From Okamejei kenojei (lineage: Eukaryota): a stretch of 64,000 nt of DNA. The translations under genes were made by a program, and so were the position numbers. Below the pieces are notes generated by a model. That model saw only the letters and a list, made by a program, of their open reading frames with translations, was not told the origin of the DNA and did no database searches. The stretch lies in assembly GCA_035221665.1 (NCBI GenBank), contig CM069164.1, positions 14,012,001 to 14,076,000 on the forward strand, read 5' to 3'. Positions 10,663 to 23,590 of the stretch are shown here, in pieces (position 1 is the first letter of the stretch; every line of letters begins with the position of its first letter).

Positions 10663-12459
10663 CCAAGCTGGCCATGGAAAAGTTCCAAAGGTTAACAGAC
10701 ATAGTCATGGCTCGATTGAATGGCACAGTAGACTTGATGGGCCGAATGGCCTATTCCTTATGGATTTCCTATAACTTATGAACTCATACAATCCTTTAAT
10801 AACAAAACAGGACTGCTGAGACCCTGACCAATAAATATTGAGATCTCTGCGTGTCCAGTTAAGAAATTTCAGCGACATAAATAAAGGATTTTAAAAAAAC
10901 CAACTATGCATCTTAAATGCTTCAGACATTAAGCACAATATCCTTCATACACCTTCATCAATAGCAAGTAGGTTTAACCCCCAACGCTGATATGAAATTG
11001 GTTACCACTTAACCACCACGAACAAGTCAGATATTAATAATCATTGTGTGCAGACAAAAAAAGTTATTAACTGCGGGTGCGATAGGTTAGCTATTCTATA
11101 TTAATAAGTCATCTGCTACAGAATAATTACAGGCAGTCCCTACTGTGGAAGCAATCAGACAGAGAGAACAAATAACTGACCCCAAAGCATGCCAGTGTCT
11201 GCACCATCCATCAGCTTCTAGAACGTTCTCACCACACCCACCAATTAGGTTGCCCTCCCCCAACCCACAAGGGCTCCTCTCTCCGACAGAGGGTCAAAGG
11301 CCATCGGTGTGTATGCGCGTGCTTCTGCGATCTCATTATCCCCTTGTCCATACATTTATCTGGCAGGATAAGAGGAAGGATGGTGACCGAGCTATCATCA
11401 AAGATTAATGGGAAGTATGAAAGAGAAATCAGAGTTAACATGCATTCTGCTTAGTACAAGTGACGGCACTGACAGCATTATTAATCAGCAGCCGAGCAGA
11501 TTTAAGCCTGTCCTCTCTGCTTCTGAGCATCTCTTTCCAATTTAAGTCTTTAGTTTCTCCTTACTATGGCAACTGGAGGTCAAAAAGCCAGTTACTAATT
11601 GGTTCTACAGGGTACTGAATGGTAATGAGAAGGGTCCAATTATAAAATCACTTGGCATTAGAAATGATTAGCATGTAAGGAAAGCTCGCAGGCCACGGCT
11701 GAGAAGCAGTGCAGATTGGCTGTTTATCACACTCTTACATTTTCCCCTGGTGTTAGCTATTAATAAAATTTATAGGTCAATGGCAGCATTAATTTTACAA
11801 GAAGGCAGCAGGTAACGCACCCAGTGCTCCCCAGACGACTCTACCTTGTTCAGTTTGCTGGTTAATATTATTTAAGTGCTCAACGGTCCTCTGGGATGGA
11901 TGAAGTGAATGGTTGCCCCAACAGAGGCACCTGACAGAAGAGGCGCCGTTGGTCTCTGCAGGGTCGGTGCCCAGTGTGTCTCCCTGGCCTCCGCTGTGGG
12001 TTTGAGTCCGCGGGCCACACAGCCTCAGTTGTGCTGCAGTGCGGACCGTCCTGCGCTGCTGGCTCGCAGCATGTTCCCTCAGCTCCCGTCTGCATCTTTA
12101 CCAAGGTAAAGCAGGGCTGCGGTACTTCTGGATCAGAAGGTGCCAGGGCGCAGTGCTCAGCTGTGGCAGGCTGGTCTCAGCTCAGAGCCAGGGGGGCTGT
12201 GGGGACCAGAGAGAGCAAAATAAGGCAACACAATGCTGGAGTCAGGCAGCATCTCTGGAGTCAAAGAATAGGTGAATACGTGACATTTCAGGTCAGAACC
12301 CTTCTTCCGACTGAAGATAGGCACAAATTGCTGGAGTAACTCTGTGAGTTAGGCACGCGCCAGCCCTTACACCGGCCTGACCGAGCGGGGACCTGGTGCA
12401 GTGGCATGGAGGTCAAAGCCAGGAGGCCAGGTCCAGCTGCACTGATTTATTCACTGTAT

Positions 12460-12890
12460 GGGCACACACACGCACACACACATACGCACACGCACACACA
12501 CATTACACACACGCACACACAGACATGCACGCATATCACACACACACAGGCACACGTGTACATAAATACACACACATACGCACATTCACACATACAATAC
12601 AATGTTCTTCACTGTACCGCGATGCACGCAATGATAATAAACTAATACACACACAGACTCACACACAAATACACACAGGCATACACAGAAACATACACAC
12701 TCACACACACACACACATACACACACACACACAGCACACACACAGACACTATACCGAGACAGACACACACATACCATACACAGACACACACACACACACA
12801 CAGGCACAAACAATACACAGACACATACACACACAATACACACACAGGCACATACATAGACGTACAATACACACGCTCGCTCCCACACAA
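12460..12890. repeat. Degenerate (CA)n-rich low-complexity tract
   Basis: CA/TA/GA dinucleotide mosaic; it explains the H/T-rich and C/V-rich ORFs. Confidence 0.95.
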
Positions 12891-13057
12891 GGTATTTGCC
12901 CCATTTGTTGGTGATTAAACCATTCGGTCCATGTCTAAGCTCCTGAGTTCCCCCCACTCCCTCACCCCTTGAGATGTGATGTCATGAGTGTGAGGGAGAG
13001 GGTGTGAGTGTGTAGGTGTGAGAGCGTGAGGTTGCGTGGGAGTGTGTCAGTGTGTAT

Positions 13058-14671
13058 CAGTGCCAGATTTAGATACCCTAGGCTATTCCACTTGTGAGGC
13101 CCCTCCCAATCCCCCACCCCCACAACGACGGGACGATGGAAGAGTCCACCAGATTGACACCGATGTGCAGCCGAGCGTGGCCAATGGAATAAGGGCTGGA
13201 AAGCTGCGCTTTTTATTTATTGCCAGTGCTAGTGTCGAGTTATCAGCTTAAAACACTATTATTCTGAAATGGGGGGCAAGGAAATTTACTGAAGTGTTGT
13301 TTAGAGACTACAGTGTGTTGTGACAGCATATGTAAGAAAGGCCTATGACAGTGTCAAAAATATTATAGATCAGGCCCGTAGGAAGCTTTGCAAAAAGGGG
13401 GGTGGCATGGCAGGCTTACAAAATTTTATGTGAAAATAGTGCCCGCTTAAGGGCCTTGGAAGCTCTGGGGTTTTAGATGTTCTCTGGTGCATTCTGAGCC
13501 TTATTTTGGAGCATTTTTGCACCAAATTTATGACCAATATTTCAGAAATAATTTTGGTTGAGTCAAGAGTAATGAGTGGTTGGAATGGGATGATTGGGCT
13601 CATTGTTGTATACATATTCTTAAATCAATTGAAGCTGTCCTTGTTTCAATAATCAAGTTGTACTGTAAAATGTTATGTAAAATGTTATAAAGGAACATGC
13701 AAATAAAATACTGTAAGTTTTTGCAGTACATAAAACCTTTTTTTTAGAAAATGTTTTGTGTGTTGATTTGATTGCCTGTTACTGTTCGACTGTGTTAGTG
13801 TGTGCACATTAAAAATATGATGAAAATTAAAGTCGCAAACTATGGAATTCATATTTTTCAGTATTGTTATCAAAGAAAAGAAAGCAGTTCCAATTGTTTG
13901 ATATTATTCATATGGAGGAGAAAATATAATTGCTCTAAAACCTATCTTAATTTTGCGATCTCACTAAAGATAATCCCCCTTTCCCTCTCCTCCTTCCCCC
14001 TCCCTCTCCCTCCACCTCTCTCCCCCTCTCTCTCCCCCCTCCCCTCTCTCTCCCCCCCCCCCTTCCCCTCTCTCTCTCTCTCTCCCTCCCTCCCTCTCTC
14101 TACCCTCTCTGTCTCAACCCCCCCTTCCCCCCTCTCACATCCACCCCCCTCTCTCCCTCCCACCCACCGAGGCTCCAACTCTGCGCTGCAGACACCGCAG
14201 CCCTGGCCCGGAGAAACGGGCACTCCCGCAACACAATATTCCACTACTTACCTGGAGTAGACACGAGGCACCGAGGTGATTGTGTGGAGAACAAATGGAG
14301 ATCTGAGCCCGCCCGGGCCCACTGCGCACACACGGAGAGACAGCGTCATCTTGTGTCGCTACTGCGTCACCGGCTTCCCCCAACTGCGCAGGCGCGGACG
14401 GTCGCAATTTTTTCCCCAAAACCTCCAGCGGCCGGAACCAGAATTTCGGGTAATTTCCGTCAAAGTGGAAACGCTGATGGCGCTCCAATTTTTTTTTTCT
14501 CTGGATTGTTTTTGTTCTGGGAAAAAACACCTTGGCCGGAGGCCCCCTAGATTTTGAGGCCCGAGGCTTCAACCTATGAGGCCTGTAGGTAAAACCGTCC
14601 CTGCCGAGGCCCCCCTAGATCTCGAGGCCCTAAGCTTAAGCTTGTGAAGTTTATACGTAAATCCGGTCCTG
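13058..14671 (-). mobile_element. Non-autonomous hAT element of the same family as 22896-25408, in the opposite orientation
   Basis: TIRs CAGTGCCAGATTTA / TAAATCCGGTCCTG; perfect 8-bp TSD GTGTGTAT (13050-13057, 14672-14679); both subtermini match the 22896-25408 element. Confidence 0.9.
13975..14165. repeat. Polypyrimidine (CT-rich) tract
   Basis: Almost exclusively C and T. Confidence 0.9.
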
Positions 14672-14740
14672 GTGTGTATGAGTGTGAGTTTGAGAGCGAG
14701 AGGGAGTGCAAGTCTGTGAGTGTGTGAGAGAGTGTTTAGT

Positions 14741-14883
14741 AGGGGTGGGAAGATTGCAACCTTCACGTGGTCCGCCCTGTTTCGACTAATGCAATCAACT
14801 CGACGTGCACAAACAGAAGATCAAATAGAACAAGTTGTCCGACAACTTTAGGCTGCGCACGCCACACGAAAGAAGAAGAAGAT
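14741..14883 (+). mobile_element. Short retroposed element with an (AAG)n tail, possibly Vingi-like
   Basis: Ends CGCCACACGAAAGAAGAAGAAGA; GTGTTTAGT is duplicated at 14732-14740 and 14884-14892. Confidence 0.5.
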
Positions 14884-14887
14884 GTGT

Positions 14888-15185
14888 TTAGTGTTTAGAA
14901 ATACAGCACAGAAACAGGCCCTTCGACCCACAGAGTCTGCACAGACCAGTGATCCCCGCAGACTAGCACCGTCCTACACACTAGGGACAATTTGCAATTT
15001 TACCAAGCCAATTAACCTACAAACCTGTACGTCTTAGGAGCGTGGGAGGAAACCGGAGATCCCGGAGAAAACCCACGCAGGTTACAGGGAGAACGTGCAA
15101 ACTCCGTACAGACAGCAGCCCATAGTCAGGATCAAACCCGAGTCTTTGGCGCTGTGAGACAGCAACTCTACCACTGCGCCACTAC
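14888..15185 (-). mobile_element. HE1/V-SINE-like SINE, near full length
   Basis: Reverse-complement match from tail to tRNA-like head. Confidence 0.9.
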
Positions 15186-15194
15186 GCTGCGGTG

Positions 15195-15372
15195 AGTGCA
15201 AGTGTGAGAGAGTGAAATTGCGAGAGGGAGTGTGTGTGTGTGGGTGTGAGAGTGTGAGTGTGTGAGAGTGAGTGTGTGTGAGAGAGAGTATGTGAGTGTG
15301 AGAGAGTGTAAGTGTGAGTGCGTTTGAGTGTGAGTGTGTGAGTGCGAGTGTGAGTGCGAGAGAGTGTGTGTG
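15195..15372. repeat. (GT/GA)n low-complexity tract
   Basis: GTGTGA-type mosaic. Confidence 0.9.
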
Positions 15373-17809
15373 GAGGGAAGGGAATGTGGTGGTGCTCAGT
15401 CTAAGCAGGTTTGTTCTCATTAGACCCACCAATCGCTATGAATAATACCAAGCACTTTAAAAAAATAAGCAGAAGATAAATAAAACAGTAGGAAAGGGGA
15501 TAAATATTGCACCATATTGGTCAGCAGTCCTGTTTAAAAAACACGTCATGAAATGTGAAACAAAGGGGAAATGAGAGGGCCACTGGGCTGGGCCGGCAGT
15601 TGCCTCCTCTTCACTCTCACTATGTGTAACACTCGGGGAAAGCTCAGATCTTTCTCAGAATTTGATGTTAAAAGAAGTTTCATTTCAAGTCTGACGCCAG
15701 ATTATGTCAAAGTGCAATCAGCAAAGTGCAACCAGTGCGACAAAGTAAACGTCACGGCAGCGGCTGGGGTTTGATGCAGAGCGAGGTCCAGGTGTATGTG
15801 CAGAGCCGCTCAGGGACACCGGGACCATCCGGGCGGTGACGCCACTCCACAGGTGGGACGAGGGACCGGGTCAGCACCCTGTGCTGAACTCAACCAGCCG
15901 TCTCAAGGTGGAAGTCATCACACAAAAGTCAGAATAAGGGTCCCGACCCCAAACGTCACCAACCCCTGGTCTTCAGAGATGCTGCCTAACCCTCTGAGTT
16001 TTCCCAGCACTTTGTGTTGTTCATTTTCACAAATACCGTGACGCAGCTATTCACAGCCATCCAGTGTCTCCATTCAGCCCAGTTGATCCATGTTGGTGGT
16101 TATGTTTCACATCGAGCTCCTCCTGCCTTCTTCCCGCTGGATGTCCTCTAGCTTCCACTCTCATCCGGTTATCCACCCTCCTCTTCACAGCATCTCTGTT
16201 ATTCACCTCCGCCCGGCTCCAAGGCGGCTGTTTCCAAATTCACACCACATTGCTGACAAAACACGCTGAGATTGTAAAATGACACAGACCTTTGTGAGTG
16301 TGAGGGGAATGGGAGAAGGGAGCCAGGAGAACCAAAGCAGCCAGGCACTAACGATAGTTGCAGAGGCCATACTGTACGTCATCAATCAAAACGTTGCCCT
16401 TGTTTATCTTTGTAACTCCCAAGGTTCAAGCATTTCTTCTCTTCCGCCTGATCATTGCCCGGGGATTCGTTATCGCAGAGACAATACCTCAGGGCCCTGG
16501 GAGAATGGCACGGGGTTTTTAAGCTTTTTACAAGCATCTGTCGTTTTGTCTCTCTGTAAACCAGTATCAGAAACGCAGTGACATTGATCAGGAAGTTATA
16601 CACCAGGCCAGTCATAACCCAGAGACTGATCCTTCACCAGAAGTCTTAACTATAATCTTGGACAGGGGCATGCTACATTTAGTTTAGAGATACAATGCAG
16701 AAGCAGGCCCTTCCAGCGCCGACCAGCGATCCCCGCACACATTTAGACAGGTACATGGATAGGATAGGGTTAGAGGGATATGCCACATGTTGAGAGTTTA
16801 TTTGTGTGTGAAGGATCTGGATTCTCTTTGTATTATACATAGTCATGTGGAGCAATAAACTTGAAATGGCTTTTCAAACATTTTATTTTGCTGGAGTTCC
16901 TTTGTTCTCATGTGGATTGAGTTTGGGCCGATGGGAACTGTTTGCCGTGTTTCTGTACCTCTCTATCATTTTTTTTCTTGGCTCTGAAGAGAACTGCCTG
17001 GGTTTCTCCAACCTCAGCATTCCCAGGGCTCCCTTGCTACACACTCTTCGCTTTTCACATTCTTCCTACAATCCAGATTTGGACACAGTTTTCTAGTTCT
17101 CGTTGACCTCAGCTACATTGAGGCTCCCAGCCTCTGTATTTCAACCACACGTTTTACAGCACACCATCCCGACATTTTCTAATTTTTCAGCAGGTGCAAT
17201 CACGGCCAAAGTTTTAGTATAGTCTTTGGAGTGTGGGAGGCAACCGGAGCACCCGGGGAAAACCCACGCCGTCACGGGGAGAAGGTTCGATTTCCATACA
17301 GACAGCGCCAGTAGTCAGGATCGAGATTGCAGTGCAATACAGAGGAGTTATTAAAATACTAACATCCCATAACGGAATAACCAAATGAGGTAAGGTTAGA
17401 GTAAAAGTACAAGGCAGCAACTTTGGGAATGGAGTGTGCAGGAGGTGATTGGTTCAGGAATCTGATAGGAAGACTGTTCTTACGTCTGTATGTCCAATCG
17501 TTCAAACTCCTGTATCTTCTCCCAGAAGGTAGCAGAGAGAAAAGGGAATGCCTGGGTCACAGGCATCCTTGATAATATTTCCGGCCAGCATATATACTTA
17601 AGTATTCAATTTCAAGTGTCTAATTGTCATATGTCCCAGATAGAACAATCAAATTCTTACTTGTAGCAGCACAACAGAATATATAAACATAGTACACTGT
17701 AAAAATATAAGAAACAAGGAAAAAAAATCAACCTGTGTATATGTGTATATACATATACACACACACACACACATACATACAGATCCAATTTTTTTCCATA
17801 TCGTAACTC

Positions 17810-18235
17810 CGTCTGCACTGCGGCCAAATATTGAGTGTTGCCGGCCTTTACTGGAGACCAACCTTTGAGAGCCTGCGGGACTTTAACATCCCGGAGCCCG
17901 CAATCCCTTTGCCAGGGATCGACCTCGGAGCTCCAACCGTGAGTGCTTGCGGACTTAACATCTCTGAGCTCGCGGTCTCTGGTCAGAGACCGACTTCGGG
18001 AACTCCAAGCCGCAGGAGCTTCGACCGCCCCAACTGCAGATGGTTCGACTGCTCAGCCCGCGGGAGAATAAATAGGAAGAACTTTTTGCCTTCCTTCATA
18101 GTGAGGATTGTGGGGAATCTGCTGTGGTGGATGTTTATGTTCACTTTCACGTAGATGTGTGTCTTGTTGCTTTTTTTTCGTATGGCTGTATGGTAATTCA
18201 CATATCACTGTACCTTAATTGGTACATCTGACAAA
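17810..18235 (+). mobile_element. GC-rich non-autonomous retroelement with a Rex1-like 3' tail
   Basis: CpG-rich body, then GCCTTCC.TCA.AGTG.G and CACTGTACCTTAATTGGTACATCTGACAA; similar to 53500-54255 and 60450-61197. Confidence 0.5.
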
Positions 18236-18317
18236 AAAGGTAGCCACAAAGATTTCCTCCCTTGACCTAACCTCTCTCTCCATCCCTTGCCCACACAACA
18301 TACTGACAGTAAACTCC

Positions 18318-18600
18318 GTGTGTCGGAAGAGACTGCAAACACTGGTTTGCACCTCAGATAGATACAAAAAGCTGGAGTAACTCAATGGGTCAGGTAGCAT
18401 CCTTGGAGAAAAGGAACAGTTGTCGATTTGGGGTGAGACCCTTCTTCAGAGGGAACCAAGAGATATGAAAAGGTCATAGAACAAATGAATGAAAGACATG
18501 CAAAAAGACAGGTCAAACCCGACAACGATAATCAAGGAAAGGTGGAGCCCACAATGGTCCATTGCTGGCTGAGGGGGAGGTAATACCGAGTTTTAGAAAA
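18318..18600 (-). mobile_element. Penelope-like 3' region with a degenerate hammerhead
   Basis: GCTGGAGTAACTCA..GGTCAGG.AGCATC..GAGACCCTTCTTCAG (minus-strand CTGAAGAAGGGTCTC). Confidence 0.6.
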
Positions 18601-20209
18601 TGGAAAGAAAATAAAAAGAATACGGGACTGCATCTGCTCTTGGAAAATGCAACAAAGCCAAGAATGAAACAGGGTCATTCGAAATGTGGTTGTGCTTGGT
18701 TTTGTCAAGAGGCTGTTGGCATAATTTCTTGTGGTGACAATGCTGCAGTCCAGCTGGATCACTTCTGTATTGGTGAACGCAGCTTCCCATCAGAAGCTGA
18801 AGTGAAAGCCACTGTTTCAGTGAGGTGCAGGAAGCAGAGCACTTTGGTGAAGCCACTTTGTTCAGCCATGTTGTGCCCCGTGCTCCGTAGAAACTCCCAA
18901 AGGGGCCCCGGCCTAGATGCGATGGCGATCGATGCCACCTGGGTTCATGCTGTTGTATGGAGCTGTTGGGTCGTCAATAAACCTACTGTGCTGCTGCAAG
19001 TTAGAGTTTCATTGTTCCATATACGACAAGTATTCCCAAGTGGGGGAATCGAGAACCAGAAGGTGAAGGGGGAAAGATTTAATAGGAACCTGAGGATTTT
19101 TTTTTTTACATAAATGGTGGTGGGTGTTAGAGGAGATAGTTGAGTAGCAGGAACTATCGCAACGAATAAATATTTAGACAGGTACATGGATAGGACAGGT
19201 AGTGTAGACTAGTGTAGATGAGGCATGTTGATCGGTGTGGGTTAGTTAAGATGAAGGGCCTGTTTCTACGCTGATTGACTCTATGACTATATGACAACAA
19301 AACTCTCTAGCCTCGTGACTATTGAGCTTCGAGGACTAACTAGAGTCACACTTTTTAATGGAGTCCTTTGTCATTGCAAGGTACTAACTGCCAATGAGAC
19401 ATTTTACTCAAGTGGGAAGTGAGACGAGCAATTGGGGCACAGCACGTACGACAATGACAGGTTACGCCAGGAATATTGTGCAGGGTGTAGATAACACCGT
19501 GAGAGGCATCGGCAAGGTGAATGGTCACAGTGTTATTCCCAGTTCAAAGGAGTCCAGAAAACAGCATTGCGATGCAACTGGTAGAGCCAGGATCCATCCT
19601 GAAATATATGTAACATTTGGCTGACACAAAAAGTTAAATGTAAATTAAGCACCGAGAGATGAAACAAAGACTGTTAAAGCCTCTCGAGGTATGTAACGTT
19701 GCAGAGATTAGCAACAGTAACCGTGGCTCCCTTGCAGGCAAAGACAAGAAAATTATAAGGGGAAGACAAAATTGGTAGAAAATTAAATACATGCTTCGTA
19801 CCTGTCAACACGGGAGCAAACACAAAAACATCTCAGAACAAGTAGCGAATCGAAGATCTATTCAGAGTGAGGAACTTTAAGAAATTAGAATTTGTAACGA
19901 AGTAACGAATGGCATTAAAACTCAATATATCTACTGGCTAATTCCCAGCCTATCTCCTGGGAATTCAAAGAGTTCTCTCTAGAGATGCTGCTTCCATTGG
20001 TTTTAACCTTCTGTAGATTGTATGATGGTGGCCTTGGATTTAATTGTACCAACACATTCGGGATGAGAGAGGGAAGGAGAAATGCTTCAGGCATCTTTGG
20101 AAAATTCTGGAATCGGTTATTATAGACCGGATCCCATGTTGTTTGAACCTTTGGCCTTTCGGTTGCTACTCCTGCTGCCAGTGAAGGCAATCTCACATAA
20201 TTTGGTGAT

Positions 20210-20432
20210 GATTTCACACAGAGGGTGCTGGGTGTATGGAACGAGCTGCCGGAGGAGGCAGGAACTATTGCAAACGCGTAAGCAGCAATTAGACAGGTAC
20301 GTGGATAGAACAGGTTGTGAGGGATTAGGGCCAAACACAGGCAGGTGGGTCTAGTGTAGATGGGGCATGTTGGTTGGAGTGGGCAAGTTGGGCCGAAGGG
20401 CCTGTTTCCACACCGTATCACTCGATGACTCT
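20210..20432 (+). mobile_element. CR1 LINE 3' end (second subfamily)
   Basis: TTCACACAGAGGGTG.TGGGTGTATGGAACGAGCTGCC..GGGCCGAAGGGCCTGTTTCC..ATGACTCTA. Confidence 0.85.
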
Positions 20433-20996
20433 AATTAACGTTAAAACAAAGAGCAAGAGCTGGAATATGGAAATGAGGCAGCTTCGCTCTGCATCTGACT
20501 CTGACTGGAAGCTCTTGAAGTCAACACCACCCCTGGAACAAGTCATTACTCCTTCCCCCTGAATGAGCATCATTCCCTTTCAAACACTAACAGCCATCAG
20601 ACAAAAATAATCCTCATTTGAACCTCATTATTGCTAACACATGACACCTGGCAAAGTGAATTTATCAGCCGTTCACATTAACTAGACAAACTCCTTTACT
20701 GGTGCAACGTGTTCACTGAAGCAGCAGAAATGTGTTTCTAATAGCAGGTTGTTGTGTTGAGTTTCTGACATGTAGCGGAAAGAACCAGTGAAGGTTTGGA
20801 CAGAAATCTGTTCAGAATAGCATTGCAGCTATTCCCCCAGCACCGCCAGCCACATAGTGACCAGGGTCTGGTCTCCTGACAACCCTATCAACAGTTGGTT
20901 ATTGCTCAAGGCTGAGTGTCCTTCCCGATGTGGGTACAAAACCTCCCTTAGTTCCTTCAAAACCTCTTGTCTTCTAGTGACAGTGCTAATGGGCAG

Positions 20997-21745
20997 AGTC
21001 AAGTCCAGTCAATTTTATTTCTATAGCACATTTAAAAACAACTCTCGTTGGCAAAAGTGCTTTACATCAGTGCAGGTAGTAACGTGCTACATACGGTGGT
21101 ACACAGATCTAACAATACATACGTAAATACATACATACAGCGCTCACTCAGAGGACCTCAAGAAACGCTTGTGAGTAGAAATAGGTTTTAAGTCTAGACT
21201 TAAAGGAGTCGATGGAGGGGGCAGTTCTGATGAGGAGAGGGATGCTGTTCCACAGTCTAGGTGCTGCAACCGCAAAAGAGCGGTCACCCCCGAGCTTAAA
21301 CCTGGACCGCGGGATGGACAGTAACCCCAAGTCGGCCGACCTGAGGGACCTGGAGGTAGAATGGTGGGTTAGAAGATTTTTGATATAGGTGGGGGCAAGC
21401 CCGTTAAGGGCTTTGTATACATATAGGAGGAGCTTGAAATTGATTCTGTCCCATACTGGGAGCCAGTGGAGAGAGGCCAGAATCAGGGTGGTGTCGTCCC
21501 TTTCACGGGTACCCGTCAGATGTCTCACTACAGCGTTTCGGACCAATTGCAGGCAGGACAGGGATGATTGGCTGATGCCAGTGTATAGGGAGTTGCAGTA
21601 ATCAAGGCGGGAGGAGATGAATGCGTGGATGATTTTTTCCAAGGTCATCGAATTGGAGGAACGGTTTGATTTTAGCTATCGTGCAAAGCTGGAAGAAGCT
21701 AGCTTTTACCACAGCATTGACTTTGTTTGCCAAACTTTAATGCGG
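20997..21745 (-). mobile_element. L2-clade LINE 3' portion
   Basis: ORF 21148-21648 reads IHAFISSRLDYCNSL..LASLHWLPV..INFKLLLYVYKALNGLAP..RSLRS..RSFAVAAPRLWNSIP..FKSRLKT; typical L2 3' end GTGCTATAGAAATAAA. Confidence 0.93.
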
Positions 21746-22043
21746 AGAGCTCCAGGACAGACCCAGTGATGAAAGGACCATTGGATAAGGCTGGTATTTA
21801 ATGGTGCAAAGATAGGAACTGTAGATGATGGTGTATACAGAATATAGACAGAAAGTGCTGGAGTAACTCAGCGGGTCAGGCAGCATCTCTGGAGAAAAAT
21901 GATGGGTGATGTTTTGGGTCGGGACCCTTTATCAATTATTGATGGTGTGCAACCTAGAGGGGAACCTGCTGGTGCTCCCCATGCTGCCGCTGCCTTTGTC
22001 CTTCTTAATGATGGAAGTCCTGGGTTGAGGTGCTGAACGTTAA

Positions 22044-22860
22044 GCTAATTTAACGCATAGTTTTGTAACATGTATAAAACTTAATTACTATTGGACAGAA
22101 ATCTTTAGAGTTATCTCTGAAGTTCTTAAAATTAAACTGGACCCAGATCCAAAATTAATAATATTAGGAGTTCCGGATTCAAATCTAATATTAACAGTAA
22201 ACCAAAGAAATTTCTTGGATTACTGTTTGATAATAGGGAAAAAATTAATATTGAAATTTTGGAAGGGAACATTATCCCCCACAATTAAAATGTGGACAGT
22301 GGAAATGTTGGAGACGTTGCATTTGGAAAGAATCAGATTTGTCCTAATGGACAAATACAAACTCTTTGAACAGATATGGTCTCCATATACAGAATATTTG
22401 AAGGGGTAGCTGTTCTTGGCATCACAACTCAATGGGTACCCGGCAGGATTAGATGAAAATAATTCTTTTTTTTTTATTTGTATACATGTCTCTATTGATA
22501 TCGTTATTTGAAATTGTGTTATTCACTATTAAGATGTATACTATAATCTATATATATATATATAATACTTTGTTTTAATTAAATATATATAACAATTATT
22601 TTTTTATTTTTTATTTTTTTATTATTTCCTTTTTCTTTTTTTTTTTTCTTTTCGCTTTCTCTCTCTATATAATCATAATTATTATTTAATCACCATTCTT
22701 ATTGATTAAAATCTATTCTTTTCTTTTTTCTATTTTCTAAAATATAGGTTTATAAGAATTATTCGTAACATCCGTATATTTATTGAAATAAGTTGGTTGT
22801 GTATTTGAAAAGTTGTTATACCGTTGTTATGATGGATTACTTCTAATAAAAATATTATAA
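22044..22860 (+). mobile_element. L1-clade LINE 3' end (ORF2 C-terminus plus AT-rich 3' UTR)
   Basis: Open frame 22044-22409 reads HSFVTCIKLNYYWTEIF..DPKLIILG..KKLILKFWK..PTIKMW..LHLERI..FEQIWSP; AATAAA near 22846. Confidence 0.8.
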
Positions 22861-23029
22861 CATGAAGTGCTGAACAAGATAGCATGGGCTAGTACCAGGG
22901 CCGGATTTACGTATAAGCTAGACAAGCTTAAGCTTAGGGCTTCGAGATCTAGGGGGACCTCCGCCCGCTCCACCAAGGAGTATAAAACCTTTGATATATT
23001 GGCGTTGTTGCAAAACCTACCATCGGTGG

Positions 23030-23590
23030 GCTGTTTCCACGCTGCAGACCCCCACTCCCCTGAGTTTGACTGCGCTGGGTCCTAGTGCCAGTCCCCCCAA
23101 CCCTGGTAACCTCTGTGGCTGTTCCCATGGGTCTTCCCCATTCCCCTCAAACCATGTGACCCCAGCTCTTCCCCACCCACACTACAGTCCTCATACCCCC
23201 CTACCCCTTGACCACCCACCACCCCCCCACCAGACATCGCCTCGGCCTCATTCCACTTACCTGACTTCCTCCGGACCCAACCCCCATCCCTGCCGTGTGT
23301 TCACCATCCTCCCTGACCTCCCCCTCTCAGATACCGAACGGGCTGTACACAGCATGGGCCTCAGCTTTGTCTCCTCCGTCCCCACCTCAATGAGTTCCAC
23401 GCCCGCCGCGATTTGGAGCTCTTCTTCCGTCGCCTCCGCCTCACACCGTTCTTCCAAGGGACGGAGTCCTTGCTCCCATTGATGATCCCTTTTCCAACGG
23501 GCCCCCTCCTCTTGGACACCCCCTCATGGCCATCTTCCAGCTTTAGACCATTTTATTTTAAACTGCCGGCGGGACATCAACTGCCTCAAC
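23030..23590 (+). pseudogene. Penelope-like element ORF fragment (N-terminal, upstream of RT) nested in the hAT
   Basis: RVFTILPDLPLSDTERAVHSMGLSFV, ELFFRRLRL and WTPP..LPALDHFILNCRRDI across frameshifts; resembles the PLE LS..E..VL.KGL.F.P motif. Confidence 0.7.

Noticed and set aside
12396-12957. Long H/T-rich and C/V-rich ORFs
   Set aside because: They are translations of a (CA)n-type repeat.
16045-16240. Purine-rich minus-strand open frame (AEVNNRDAVKRR...)
   Set aside because: It is bounded by stops, has no convincing splice sites and shows no recognisable homology.
18562-19113. 183-aa ORF
   Set aside because: It spans a Penelope fragment, unique DNA and a CR1 end, so it is most likely a chance open frame.
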